Part shown: positions 44,599 to 53,535 of the stretch, piece by piece
Layout of the letters: each line of letters starts with the position of its first letter
Numbering within the stretch: the stretch's first letter is position 1
The notes under the pieces: generated by a model
What the model was told of the DNA's origin: nothing
The model's database searches: none
What the model saw: the letters and a program-made list of their open reading frames with translations, nothing else
NCBI GenBank assembly: GCA_045643945.1
Contig: JAZRGA010000009.1
Coordinates: 1,190 to 65,189 of the forward strand
Source: Eubacteriales bacterium
GTDB taxonomy: Bacteria > Bacillota > Clostridia > Oscillospirales > CAG-272
Length of the DNA stretch: 64,000 nt
Direction of reading: 5' to 3'
Position numbers and translations under genes: made by a program

Positions 44599-45555
44599 TT
44601 AATCATTTAAAAACCATATATCCTTTTCATCAAGCTTAAAGGTGCGACCGTCAAGATAAGACAAAATATTATCGTCATCGGTCTGCTTAAAATAAAGCTT
44701 ATATGCATAAAGAGCTTGATATTTATAGCCCTTAGCGCGCTCGTCACGGTTAATTCCATACTTTCCGTCGCCTATAAGACTGTGACCTATATGCGCCATA
44801 TGCGCTCTTATCTGGTGAGTTCTGCCTGTTATCAAATCAATCTCAAGCAATGCCTTTTCTTGTCCGTATGCTTTTAAAACCTTATAAACGGTTATTATGT
44901 TTTTCGAGCCTGCAAACTCCTTGTCACGCACCTCTACGGTATTATCCTTGCTATTCTTTCTTAAATATGCGTGAAGCTCGGCTTTTTTAGGACTCGGCAC
45001 ACCATGAACTAAGCAAAGATAGCTTTTCGTAAGCTTATCATACTTTATTTTTTCATTCATAACACGCAAGGCCTCGGCATTTTTAGCGGCTATAACGATT
45101 CCGCCCGTGTTTCTATCGATACGGTTACAGAGCGCAGGCGCAAAGGATTGCTCCTCATCGGGGTCGTACTCTCCCTTTTGAGCAAGATACGCCTTTATAT
45201 GCATTATAAGTGTATTTTCGCTTGCCGAATCGTCCTCGTGAACAAGCACACCGGGGCGCTTGTTAAGAAGCATAATATTTTCATCCTCATAAAGAATATT
45301 AAGCTTAGGCGTAATGCGAAAGAGCGCCCCCGTATCCTTTTCAGGCGAGTCGAAAAATTCCTCCTTGATAAAAAGCTGAATTTCATCGCCCTCACAAAGA
45401 ATATATTTTTGCTCGGTACGCTTTCTGTTCACCTTGATTTTTTTAGTTCTTATTAATTTATACATCATCGACGTAGGAAGACCCTTGACAGCCTTTGAAA
45501 GAAACTTATCAAGCCTCTGCCCTGCATCATTCTTTTTTACAGTTAAAATCCGCAT
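44599..45555 (-). CDS. RluA-family 23S rRNA/tRNA pseudouridine synthase (RluC/D-like)
   Basis: S4-like N-terminus (GQRLDKFL), catalytic block NRIDRNTGG, and GRTHQIRAH. Start moved to MRILTVKK (ATG 45555). Confidence 0.88.
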   Translation of the reverse strand: MRILTVKKNDAGQRLDKFLSKAVKGLPTSMMYKLIRTKKIKVNRKRTEQKYILCEGDEIQLFIKEEFFDSPEKDTGALFRITPKLNILYEDENIMLLNKRPGVLVHEDDSASENTLIMHIKAYLAQKGEYDPDEEQSFAPALCNRIDRNTGGIVIAAKNAEALRVMNEKIKYDKLTKSYLCLVHGVPSPKKAELHAYLRKNSKDNTVEVRDKEFAGSKNIITVYKVLKAYGQEKALLEIDLITGRTHQIRAHMAHIGHSLIGDGKYGINRDERAKGYKYQALYAYKLYFKQTDDDNILSYLDGRTFKLDEKDIWFLND

Positions 45556-45711
45556 AGCAAAATCCAATTCTATAATTAATTTACTATGTAATTCTAACAC
45601 ATAAATACGCTTTTGTCAACTTTATTAAATATAACGGCGTTAAAATCTTTACAAAACGCTCTTTTTATGTTACAATATTTATGATTACAATTAGGAGCTT
45701 TATATTTATAT

Positions 45712-47043
45712 ATGGAAAATAAACTTAATCGCACCGTGGGTATCTACACTCTCGGTTGCAAGGTAAATCAATATGAATCCGAGGCCATTGCGGAGCATCT
45801 TGAAAAAAACGGATGCTCGGTTATTTCTGCGTCCGAGTCTTGCGACGCATATATAATCAACACCTGCACCGTAACTGCCGAGTCCGACAGAAAGGCTCGT
45901 CAATTTATCCGCAGGGCTATATCGAAAAATAAAAGCGCTTATATAATAGTGACAGGCTGCTTTGCTCAAAGCTCTCCCGAGGATATCGCAAAAATCGAGG
46001 GCGTTGACTTCATCTGTGGAAACGGTGAAAAGCTTACCGCCGCAAAGAAATTAATTGAATATTTTAATACCGAAAAAACAAAAGGCGCGCCCGAAATATC
46101 CGTCGGTGACATCGATAAGGCTCGCTTTGAGGAAATGTCAATAACCAAATTCGAGCGCACAAGAGCCTATGTTAAAATCGAGGACGGATGCGAAAACCAT
46201 TGCGCTTATTGCATTATTCCCTCGGCTCGCGGCAAGGTACGCTCAAAAGCTCCTCAAAGCATTATTTTCGAGGTCGAAGCGCTCGTTAAAAACGGATGCA
46301 AGGAAATTGTGCTTACGGGTATAGAAACCGCATCCTACGGCAAGGATTTAGGTGACGTTACCCTTGCCGACCTTCTTTGCAGAGTCGATAAGATAAACGG
46401 TCTTGAAAGAGTTCGCTTAGGCTCGCTCGACCCCTCTCTTATTACGCCTAAATTCGTAGATAAAATTTCTCGCTTGACAAAGCTTGCCCCACATTTTCAC
46501 CTCTCGCTTCAAAGCGGCAGCAGTCGAGTTCTTGCGCTTATGAGAAGAAAATACAATGCAGATATGGCTATGAACGCAATTAAGCTTTTGCGAGAGAGTA
46601 TCCCACACGTTTCCTTTACCACCGACGTAATAGTCGGATTTCCGCAGGAGAGCGAGGAGAATTTTGAGGAAACCGTAGAATTTGTCAAAAACGCAAAATT
46701 CTTAATGGTACATATATTCCCATACTCCTCCCGAAAGGGCACGGAGGCATCAAAAATGAAAGGACAGATAAGCACGGAGGAAAAGGCGCGTAGGCTTCAC
46801 CGTCTTGAGAAAATTGCAAATGCCGCAAGACAGGAGATACTTCAAGGCGAATGTGCATCAGGCTTACCCAAAAAGGTACTGTTTGAAACCTATGACGGTG
46901 TATATGCATACGGACACACCGATAACTTTATTGAGGTTGCGGTAATATCCGAGCTTGATTTAAAATCACAAATTTTAAACGTAAGGCTTACCCATACCGA
47001 CGGAGCGCATTGCTTCGGTACTCTTAGCGATACGGTTCTTTAA
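45712..47043 (+). CDS. mtaB: MiaB-family radical-SAM tRNA methylthiotransferase (MtaB-like)
   Basis: UPF0004 Cys residues (TLGCKVN, NTCTVT, VTGC), the radical-SAM cluster CENHCAYC, and a TRAM-like C-terminus. Confidence 0.88.
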   Translation: MENKLNRTVGIYTLGCKVNQYESEAIAEHLEKNGCSVISASESCDAYIINTCTVTAESDRKARQFIRRAISKNKSAYIIVTGCFAQSSPEDIAKIEGVDFICGNGEKLTAAKKLIEYFNTEKTKGAPEISVGDIDKARFEEMSITKFERTRAYVKIEDGCENHCAYCIIPSARGKVRSKAPQSIIFEVEALVKNGCKEIVLTGIETASYGKDLGDVTLADLLCRVDKINGLERVRLGSLDPSLITPKFVDKISRLTKLAPHFHLSLQSGSSRVLALMRRKYNADMAMNAIKLLRESIPHVSFTTDVIVGFPQESEENFEETVEFVKNAKFLMVHIFPYSSRKGTEASKMKGQISTEEKARRLHRLEKIANAARQEILQGECASGLPKKVLFETYDGVYAYGHTDNFIEVAVISELDLKSQILNVRLTHTDGAHCFGTLSDTVL

Positions 47044-47052
47044 GGAGTAAAA

Positions 47053-48870
47053 ATGATTAACAATTACAATCCAAATATCTCCCCCGAGGAGCTTAACGGC
47101 TTTATAGGCGGATTTTCCTTTCTGTCAAACGACGAGCTTTCCGAATTTATAAGCATCTATAATTTATCCTTCTCCTTAGAGCAGATGATATATATTCGCG
47201 ATTATTTCAAAAACGTAAAGAAAATGTTCCCGACCTATAATCAAATATTTTTCTTCGATGAAATAAATAAAATTCGCAAATCCGAGAAAAAGAATTATTC
47301 TATATACTCCGCAAGCGGTGTCGAGGGCACAGAGCCTATTTTAAGGGCAAGCAAGGACCTTCTCGCAAAGCGAAACGCTATCAACCGCTCAGTTATTGGC
47401 GCTATGCCTATCTCCTTTGCCGCCGAAATAGCCTCTGAATATTTAAAGCGTATAGACTACTCACAAGCCGCTCCGCTTTTCACCCCCGCAAATAATAAAA
47501 TAAACGCTCGGTATTATATTCACACCGATAACGGCACTCCTCTTTTCACTTACGGCGCGCAAGAGGCTACGTCACGCTCATCCGCGGCTCATAACGTAAC
47601 CGCTATGCTTTGCCCCGCCTACGATATGTCGTACGGTGAATACGTTTCTCACGTCGAGGAATTTTTCTCTACTCCCGAAATAGCGGAAATAACCTCCGAA
47701 AGAGCAACTGTAAAATCACCTTACGGTATTTTCGAGAATCTGCTTAAGGAAAGCGAGGGAGTATTTGTAAATTTTTCAAGCATTCCCGAAATTGAGAAGA
47801 ACGATAGCGATAAGGTTACAGACCTTCGCTCCGCAATTAACTCCTGCATCGGACGGCATATATTCTCGGCAAGCAATATCGCAATCGGCATATTAAGTCG
47901 AATTGCCGACGAGCATAATTTAAAGGTGTTCATATTTGCCGTTAAAAACAGTTCGCACTCGCTTACCTTTGAAAACACTAAAAATCCAATGTTTTCCTTT
48001 GATTTTGATTTTATCAAGGCGATAACAAATTTTACCGAGCATCGTGAATATACCTTCGGTAATGAAATTGATTTTCCTATTGGAGAAAAGAAAAGGGTAT
48101 ATCTTACCGATATGACAAATTCGGCAAACCAAACATATAATGCCGAAAGGCTTTTCAATTTTGGAAAGCACGTTGCCTGCGCAACCGCTCGAAAATTAGA
48201 TAAATCCCCATACAAAACCTCTGCCCTCGCTATCGTTGACACTATAAACTCACTTATAGCAAAGGGCGTATCCAAAAACGCTATTTCTCTGTCTATTCAC
48301 TATTCCCTGCTATGCGGAACAGATAACTCGACAGAGCTTGGAAAAAATCTTGCCGCAATACTCGGCGCATACCGTTCCATGATGGAGCTTTGCGTTTCCG
48401 ATACATCTCCTCAAATAAGCTACAACAAAAACGAACGAAGCATTGTAGCGCTCGCCTCGTCAAAAGCGCCTATAAGACCTATAAGGAGTGCGTTTTCAAA
48501 TAAAAACACTCACATATATCTTTATGAGCTTAAGTATGACGGGGACGGACTACCCGATTACGAGAAATACCGTGTATTTATAAAATTTTTCTATTCACTG
48601 ATAGAGCAAAGCTCGGTGCTTTCGGCTTTTTCGGTTAACGAAAATATTTTAAATATTCTGCAAAGCGCATCGACCGACGTTTCCTTAAGCTTCAACCCCG
48701 ACCTTTCAACCGAGTCGCTCTCCCTATCTCACGGAATGTTGTTTGAAACAAATTATAAGCTACCGCTAAATCTTGACGGAATTGACGGTATATTCGATGA
48801 TATCGACGGTAATTTACGTTTTATATCTAACGATATTTTTTACGTTGCAAGCACCGACGAAAAATATTAA
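47053..48870 (+). CDS. PurL (FGAM synthase)-like protein lacking the catalytic motifs (605 aa)
   Basis: RBS AAGGAG. Block LSFSLEQMIYIRDYFKNVKKMFPTYNQIFFFDEINKIRKSEKK parallels the single-chain PurL linker (LAMS.EDL.F.Q.YFK.E.R.PT.TEI.V.DTYWSDHCRH), but WSDHCRH is absent. GKNLAAILGAYRSMMEL parallels GKPFAALLGAY, but GGKDSMSG is absent. SAFSVNENILNIL parallels SAHDVSDGGLA. Confidence 0.6.
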   Translation: MINNYNPNISPEELNGFIGGFSFLSNDELSEFISIYNLSFSLEQMIYIRDYFKNVKKMFPTYNQIFFFDEINKIRKSEKKNYSIYSASGVEGTEPILRASKDLLAKRNAINRSVIGAMPISFAAEIASEYLKRIDYSQAAPLFTPANNKINARYYIHTDNGTPLFTYGAQEATSRSSAAHNVTAMLCPAYDMSYGEYVSHVEEFFSTPEIAEITSERATVKSPYGIFENLLKESEGVFVNFSSIPEIEKNDSDKVTDLRSAINSCIGRHIFSASNIAIGILSRIADEHNLKVFIFAVKNSSHSLTFENTKNPMFSFDFDFIKAITNFTEHREYTFGNEIDFPIGEKKRVYLTDMTNSANQTYNAERLFNFGKHVACATARKLDKSPYKTSALAIVDTINSLIAKGVSKNAISLSIHYSLLCGTDNSTELGKNLAAILGAYRSMMELCVSDTSPQISYNKNERSIVALASSKAPIRPIRSAFSNKNTHIYLYELKYDGDGLPDYEKYRVFIKFFYSLIEQSSVLSAFSVNENILNILQSASTDVSLSFNPDLSTESLSLSHGMLFETNYKLPLNLDGIDGIFDDIDGNLRFISNDIFYVASTDEKY

Positions 48871-48998
48871 AAGTTTTTTAGACTTTTTTTGCAAAACCTC
48901 TTGCAATTTTTTTACGAATATGATATAATATCAAATGTTCTATGGTTTCATAAAATAATGTTATTTATGCGTATAAGCGTATTTTAGGAGGTGTCAAT

Positions 48999-49184
48999 AT
49001 GGCAAAGTGTAGTGTTTGCGGAAAAGGCGTTGTATTCGGACAGGCCGTTTCTCACTCGCATCGTAAAACAAACAGAGCTTGGAAGCCCAACATTCGCAAA
49101 GTAAAGGCTATTGTTGATGGCACGCCCAAGACCGTAGCTGTTTGCGCTCGTTGCCTTCGTTCAGGCAAGGTTAACAGAGCCTAA
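48999..49184 (+). CDS. rpmB: 50S ribosomal protein L28
   Basis: MAKCSVCGKGVVFGQAVSHSHRKTNRAWKPNIRKV. Promoter TTGCAA-17-TATAAT lies at 48901-48929. Confidence 0.93.
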   Translation: MAKCSVCGKGVVFGQAVSHSHRKTNRAWKPNIRKVKAIVDGTPKTVAVCARCLRSGKVNRA

Positions 49185-49197
49185 GCTCTGTAAGCAT

Positions 49198-49232
49198 AAA
49201 AAGCAGTTTCTTTTCGAAGCTGCTTTTTTGTT
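49198..49232 (+). terminator. rho-independent terminator after rpmB
   Basis: AAGCAGTTTC-ttttc-GAAGCTGCTT followed by TTTTTG. Confidence 0.8.
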
Positions 49233-49265
49233 TTTTAATTTTCATTTTTTATCTTGGAGATTATT

Positions 49266-50015
49266 ATGTCGGCAAACAAAAAAAGTCCTCTCGCGCTTAT
49301 CGGAGAGGGAGCAAACGAATTTATAAAAATCGGGTTAAGTGAAAACGGCTTTAACGTAATACCCCTCCCCGCTGACAACCGTCTTGCGCCGCAGGTTTCA
49401 TCGCACGCAGATATGCTTTTACTTGCAATCGAGGATACCGTTTTTTGTAGTACCGCCTACTGTGAAAAAAATAAATCTATTTTTGATTTGATTGCAGATT
49501 ACGGATACAAAATATGCAAATGCGACTTTGAGGTATCAAATAAATATCCAAACGACGTATCTCTCAACCAAGCAGTTATTGCAAAAAATATTATCGGACG
49601 TGAGCAAAGCTGCGCAAAATCGGTTTTGGAATATGCCGCCACGCACGGATTTACCTATAATTCGATAAATCAAGGATATGCAAAATGCTCTACGCTAATT
49701 CTCAATGAAAAAGCGGTAATAAGCGCCGACACATCGGTTATCGCTACTGTCGAGCGCCTCGGCATGAGCGCATTGAAAATCAGAAACGGAGTCAACGAGA
49801 TAACTCTTGACGGATATGATTACGGATTTATTGGCGGCGCTTCCGCTGTATATGAGGACAAGGTATATTTTTTCGGCAATCTATCGCTACACACCGACTC
49901 GGATGAAATAACTAAATTCTGCCAAAGCAACGGTATGAATCCGATTTCTCTCGGAAAAGACAAGCTTTGCGATATTGGCGGAGCAATTATTTTACCGTAC
50001 CTTAAAGCGGAATAA
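49266..50015 (+). CDS. hypothetical cytoplasmic protein (249 aa)
   Basis: Clean ORF with the host codon bias. The start is probably ATG 49266 (the ORF track gives TTG 49254). I cannot name a family with confidence. Confidence 0.55.
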   Translation: MSANKKSPLALIGEGANEFIKIGLSENGFNVIPLPADNRLAPQVSSHADMLLLAIEDTVFCSTAYCEKNKSIFDLIADYGYKICKCDFEVSNKYPNDVSLNQAVIAKNIIGREQSCAKSVLEYAATHGFTYNSINQGYAKCSTLILNEKAVISADTSVIATVERLGMSALKIRNGVNEITLDGYDYGFIGGASAVYEDKVYFFGNLSLHTDSDEITKFCQSNGMNPISLGKDKLCDIGGAIILPYLKAE

Positions 50016-50919
50016 TTGCATCTGCCTCACCGTTTGATAACAAATTGCGCAAAAATGTTGGCTCTGCGTCGATATTCCTTACAAACACAAGCGGAACTGT
50101 ATTTAAAAATTCAATAAGCATATTAATATTTTCCTTATTGCAATAAAGCTCTAAGGAAATATTTTTTTTGCTATAAAGCATTAAAAGCTCATAAAGCCTA
50201 CCGCAACCGTCAAAATTTGATACGTCTATCAAAAGTCTTATGCTGCTCGAAAGTCCGAGGCGATAGATAAGTGCTAAAATATCCTCTGCTTTTTTCGCGC
50301 TATCTACCGATAAGACAAGCTCTAAATCTGCATTCATAAGAATACGGCAAAGCAACCAAAGCAAAGCAAGCGAGCCGTCGGAGCTTTTTGTCTTTAGCGC
50401 TTCATAATCCCTCTGCGCGTGATAATCGTCGGGACGTGCAAAGACTATATTCTGCGCATCAAGGTAAAGAGCGTCTGCGTTATCTGTCTTTATTTTGTTA
50501 AGCGTTTTATCAAGCAAAAGATAGATATTTTCGCAAGAGCCGTCGAATACCGAATTAATAGAAAAAGCATTATCGGCTTTCCTATCAAATAAATTTATTT
50601 TAACGTCAGGCGCTCCTAATGTCTTTGGAGGAATAATACTGTCATCAACGAATATTTTTTGCCAAAGTGCCTTTCTAAATTCCAAATCGTAAAGCATCTC
50701 GAATGTCACGTCAATTGACGAATATTTTCGAAAAAACGACAAAAACTCATCACGCATCGGATGCCCCGCAAGCAGATAGATATTCTCACAGAGTGCATTA
50801 AAAACGTCAAAATCCGATGCTAAAAGAGTATCCATAATGCTGTTTTTTAGGGTAGGCGTTTTAGATGCAATAGTCCGTATATTTTCATCCCTTAGAAAAA
50901 GTAATAATTCGTTATCCAT
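50002..50919 (-). CDS. hypothetical cytoplasmic protein (305 aa)
   Basis: Strong RBS AAAGGAGG. No family recognised. Its 3' end overlaps the convergent gene by 14 nt. Confidence 0.55.
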   Translation of the reverse strand: MDNELLLFLRDENIRTIASKTPTLKNSIMDTLLASDFDVFNALCENIYLLAGHPMRDEFLSFFRKYSSIDVTFEMLYDLEFRKALWQKIFVDDSIIPPKTLGAPDVKINLFDRKADNAFSINSVFDGSCENIYLLLDKTLNKIKTDNADALYLDAQNIVFARPDDYHAQRDYEALKTKSSDGSLALLWLLCRILMNADLELVLSVDSAKKAEDILALIYRLGLSSSIRLLIDVSNFDGCGRLYELLMLYSKKNISLELYCNKENINMLIEFLNTVPLVFVRNIDAEPTFLRNLLSNGEADAIIPL

Positions 50920-51088
50920 CCTTGCGCCTCCTTTTTTAAATCATAAAACAATTATATCAAAGTAAGACCTTTTTTTCAATAGCTTTAAACGGAAATAATA
51001 AGGAAATTAATGATATTTTTGATTTTTTTCGTATATTTCTATGGACTTTGAAGGCAATATATGATATAATATAATGTAATTTTATGTT

Positions 51089-51748
51089 TTGGAGGTGGTA
51101 TATATTAAGATATTCACTGTATGTCCAAAATCATTTGCCTCAAACACCTATCTTTTAGTTTCAGGCAAGGAGGCTATCGTAATAGATCCGTCGGTTTCGA
51201 TAGACGCCCTCGAAAAGGAATTAGCGCCACATAATGCAACGCTTATAGGTGCGCTTCTCACTCACGGACATTTTGACCACACCGTTTCAATCGATACACT
51301 GCGTAAGCGGCATTCTGTTCCGATTTATATTCATAAGGACGATGCCTGTATGATTACAGACGGCAAGCTAAATGGCTTCTATACGCTTTTTGGCAGAGAA
51401 TGTGTTCACTCCCCTGCCGATATTCTACTTAATGACGGCGACGAAATTTTTGTCGGTGATGAGAAAATAAAAGTCCTTCACACACCGGGACATTCACAAG
51501 GCTCTTGCTCCTTTATTTTTAATGATGAAGAAGGAAAAACAGCAATAATAACGGGTGACACTCTGTTTTCAAGCTCGTTTGGCAGAACCGACCTTTACGG
51601 CGGCAATATACATATGCTTAAGAAGTCGATACAAAGGCTTGCTATGCTTGACAGAGCCGCTCGGATATATCCGGGGCATAACGAATCAAGCACTCTTGGC
51701 GATGCCGTCGATATCGCACTCAAATATTTAAGCTTCAATATCGATTAA
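51089..51748 (+). CDS. MBL-fold metallo-hydrolase (glyoxalase II-like)
   Basis: THGHFDHT (HxHxDH), HTPGHS and GDTLF. The start is uncertain. The GGAGGTGG RBS at 51091-98 lies inside the ORF-track start region, so translation may begin at ATT 51104 (MKIFTVCP...) or at GTG 51095. Confidence 0.8.
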   Translation: MEVVYIKIFTVCPKSFASNTYLLVSGKEAIVIDPSVSIDALEKELAPHNATLIGALLTHGHFDHTVSIDTLRKRHSVPIYIHKDDACMITDGKLNGFYTLFGRECVHSPADILLNDGDEIFVGDEKIKVLHTPGHSQGSCSFIFNDEEGKTAIITGDTLFSSSFGRTDLYGGNIHMLKKSIQRLAMLDRAARIYPGHNESSTLGDAVDIALKYLSFNID

Positions 51749-51812
51749 AATATAATTTAAATAAAATAAGTTTATATAAAGTTAATGCGGATTTAAGAAA
51801 GGAATAATAAAA

Positions 51813-53501
51813 ATGACAGATTTTGAAAAGCTTGCCGAGCTTCTGTTCCCTAACGTTACAGAGCTTCCGACAGATATTGAAAATAAATTTCCCAAGCGCT
51901 CCCTACCCGAGGGCGCAAAGGTAACGAGATTTGCTCCAAGCCCCACGGGATTCGTTCACTTCGGAGGACTTTTCCCCTCAACCGTCGGTGAAAGACTCGC
52001 TCACCAATCGGGCGGTGTTTTCTACCTTAGAATAGAGGATACCGATGCAAAGCGAGAGGTCGAGGGCGCTGCCGAGGGTCTTATAAAGACTCTTGCAAAA
52101 TACGGCATTTACTTTGACGAGGGCGCAATTCTTGACGAGAGCGGCGCTATTGCCGACAAGGGTAACTACGGACCTTACAAACAGAGCAAGCGCGGACCTA
52201 TATATCAAGCCTACGCAAAGCAGCTCGTTCGCGAGGGCAAGGCTTACCCCTGCTTTACAACAGAGGAGGAGCTTGAGGAGCTTCACAGTATAGATAAAAA
52301 GCAAGAAATAAAAAATACCGACTGGCAAGCAGAGGCAGACTCTCGCAGAGCCGAAATGCTTAAGCGTCGAGAGATAACTATGGAAGAAATCGAAAAAAAC
52401 CTCAAGGCAGGAAATCCCTTCGTCCTTCGCATACTTGCAGACGGTGACCCCGAAAAGAAAATCAAATTTACCGATCTTGTAAAGGGCGCTATTGAAATTC
52501 CCGAAAATGACGAGGACTTCGTTCTTCTTAAATCCGACGGAATTCCTACCTACCACTTTGCGCATGCGGTAGACGATCACCTTATGGGCACTACCCATGT
52601 AATTCGTGGCGAGGAATGGTTGCCAAGCCTTGCAAAGCATCTTCAGCTTTTCCGCTATCTCGGATTTAAGCTTCCGAAATATATGCACATCGCTCAGATA
52701 ATGCGTCTTGATGAGGCAGGAAATAAGAAAAAGCTTTCAAAGCGTGATATGGGCGCTAATATGGACGATTACACCCGTCTTGGATACTGTCCCGAGGCTG
52801 TTTGCGAATACGTTATGACACTTCTTAACTCGAACTACGAGGAGTGGCATATGCAAAATCCCGACAAGCCTTATACCGACTTTCCCTTCAACATAAAGAA
52901 GATGTCCTCCTCGGGCTGCTTGTTCGACTTCAACAAGCTTAATGACGTATCGAAAAACGTAATTTCCAAGATGACAGCTGACGAGGTCACCGATAAGGTT
53001 ACAGATTGGGCGCTTGAATTTGACGTTGAATTTGGCAAGCTTCTTAACAACGATAAGGACTATGCTAAAAAGATTTTTGCAATAGGCAGAGGCGGTAAAA
53101 AGCCGAGAAAGGACCTTACCACCTGGGCAGATGCAAAGGCATATATGGGATTCTTCTACGATGAGCTTTACACTCTTGAGGACTCCTACGACGAAAAATA
53201 CGATAAAGCCGACATCAAGGCTACACTTGAAGCATTTACAAAAACCTTCGACGAAAGCGACGATATGAACACTTGGTTTGATAAAATCAAGGCTATCGGC
53301 GAGGGATTGGGATACACCTCGGATATGAAGGCTTATAAGGCATCTCCCGAAAGCTTTAAGGGTAGCGTTGCCGATATAAGTATGTTTATCCGCGTTGCGG
53401 TTACAGGAAAGCTTAACTCTCCCGATATGTATGCGGTTATGCAAATACTCGGCAAGGACCGCGTATTCGCGCGTATCGAAAATATGATATCAAAGCTCTA
53501 A
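51813..53501 (+). CDS. gltX: glutamate--tRNA ligase
   Basis: APSPTGFVHFGG (HIGH variant), RIEDTD, and KKKLSKRD (KMSKS). 562 aa. Confidence 0.9.
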   Translation: MTDFEKLAELLFPNVTELPTDIENKFPKRSLPEGAKVTRFAPSPTGFVHFGGLFPSTVGERLAHQSGGVFYLRIEDTDAKREVEGAAEGLIKTLAKYGIYFDEGAILDESGAIADKGNYGPYKQSKRGPIYQAYAKQLVREGKAYPCFTTEEELEELHSIDKKQEIKNTDWQAEADSRRAEMLKRREITMEEIEKNLKAGNPFVLRILADGDPEKKIKFTDLVKGAIEIPENDEDFVLLKSDGIPTYHFAHAVDDHLMGTTHVIRGEEWLPSLAKHLQLFRYLGFKLPKYMHIAQIMRLDEAGNKKKLSKRDMGANMDDYTRLGYCPEAVCEYVMTLLNSNYEEWHMQNPDKPYTDFPFNIKKMSSSGCLFDFNKLNDVSKNVISKMTADEVTDKVTDWALEFDVEFGKLLNNDKDYAKKIFAIGRGGKKPRKDLTTWADAKAYMGFFYDELYTLEDSYDEKYDKADIKATLEAFTKTFDESDDMNTWFDKIKAIGEGLGYTSDMKAYKASPESFKGSVADISMFIRVAVTGKLNSPDMYAVMQILGKDRVFARIENMISKL

Positions 53502-53535
53502 GAATTAATATATACAGAAAACAGAGGAAAAAACA

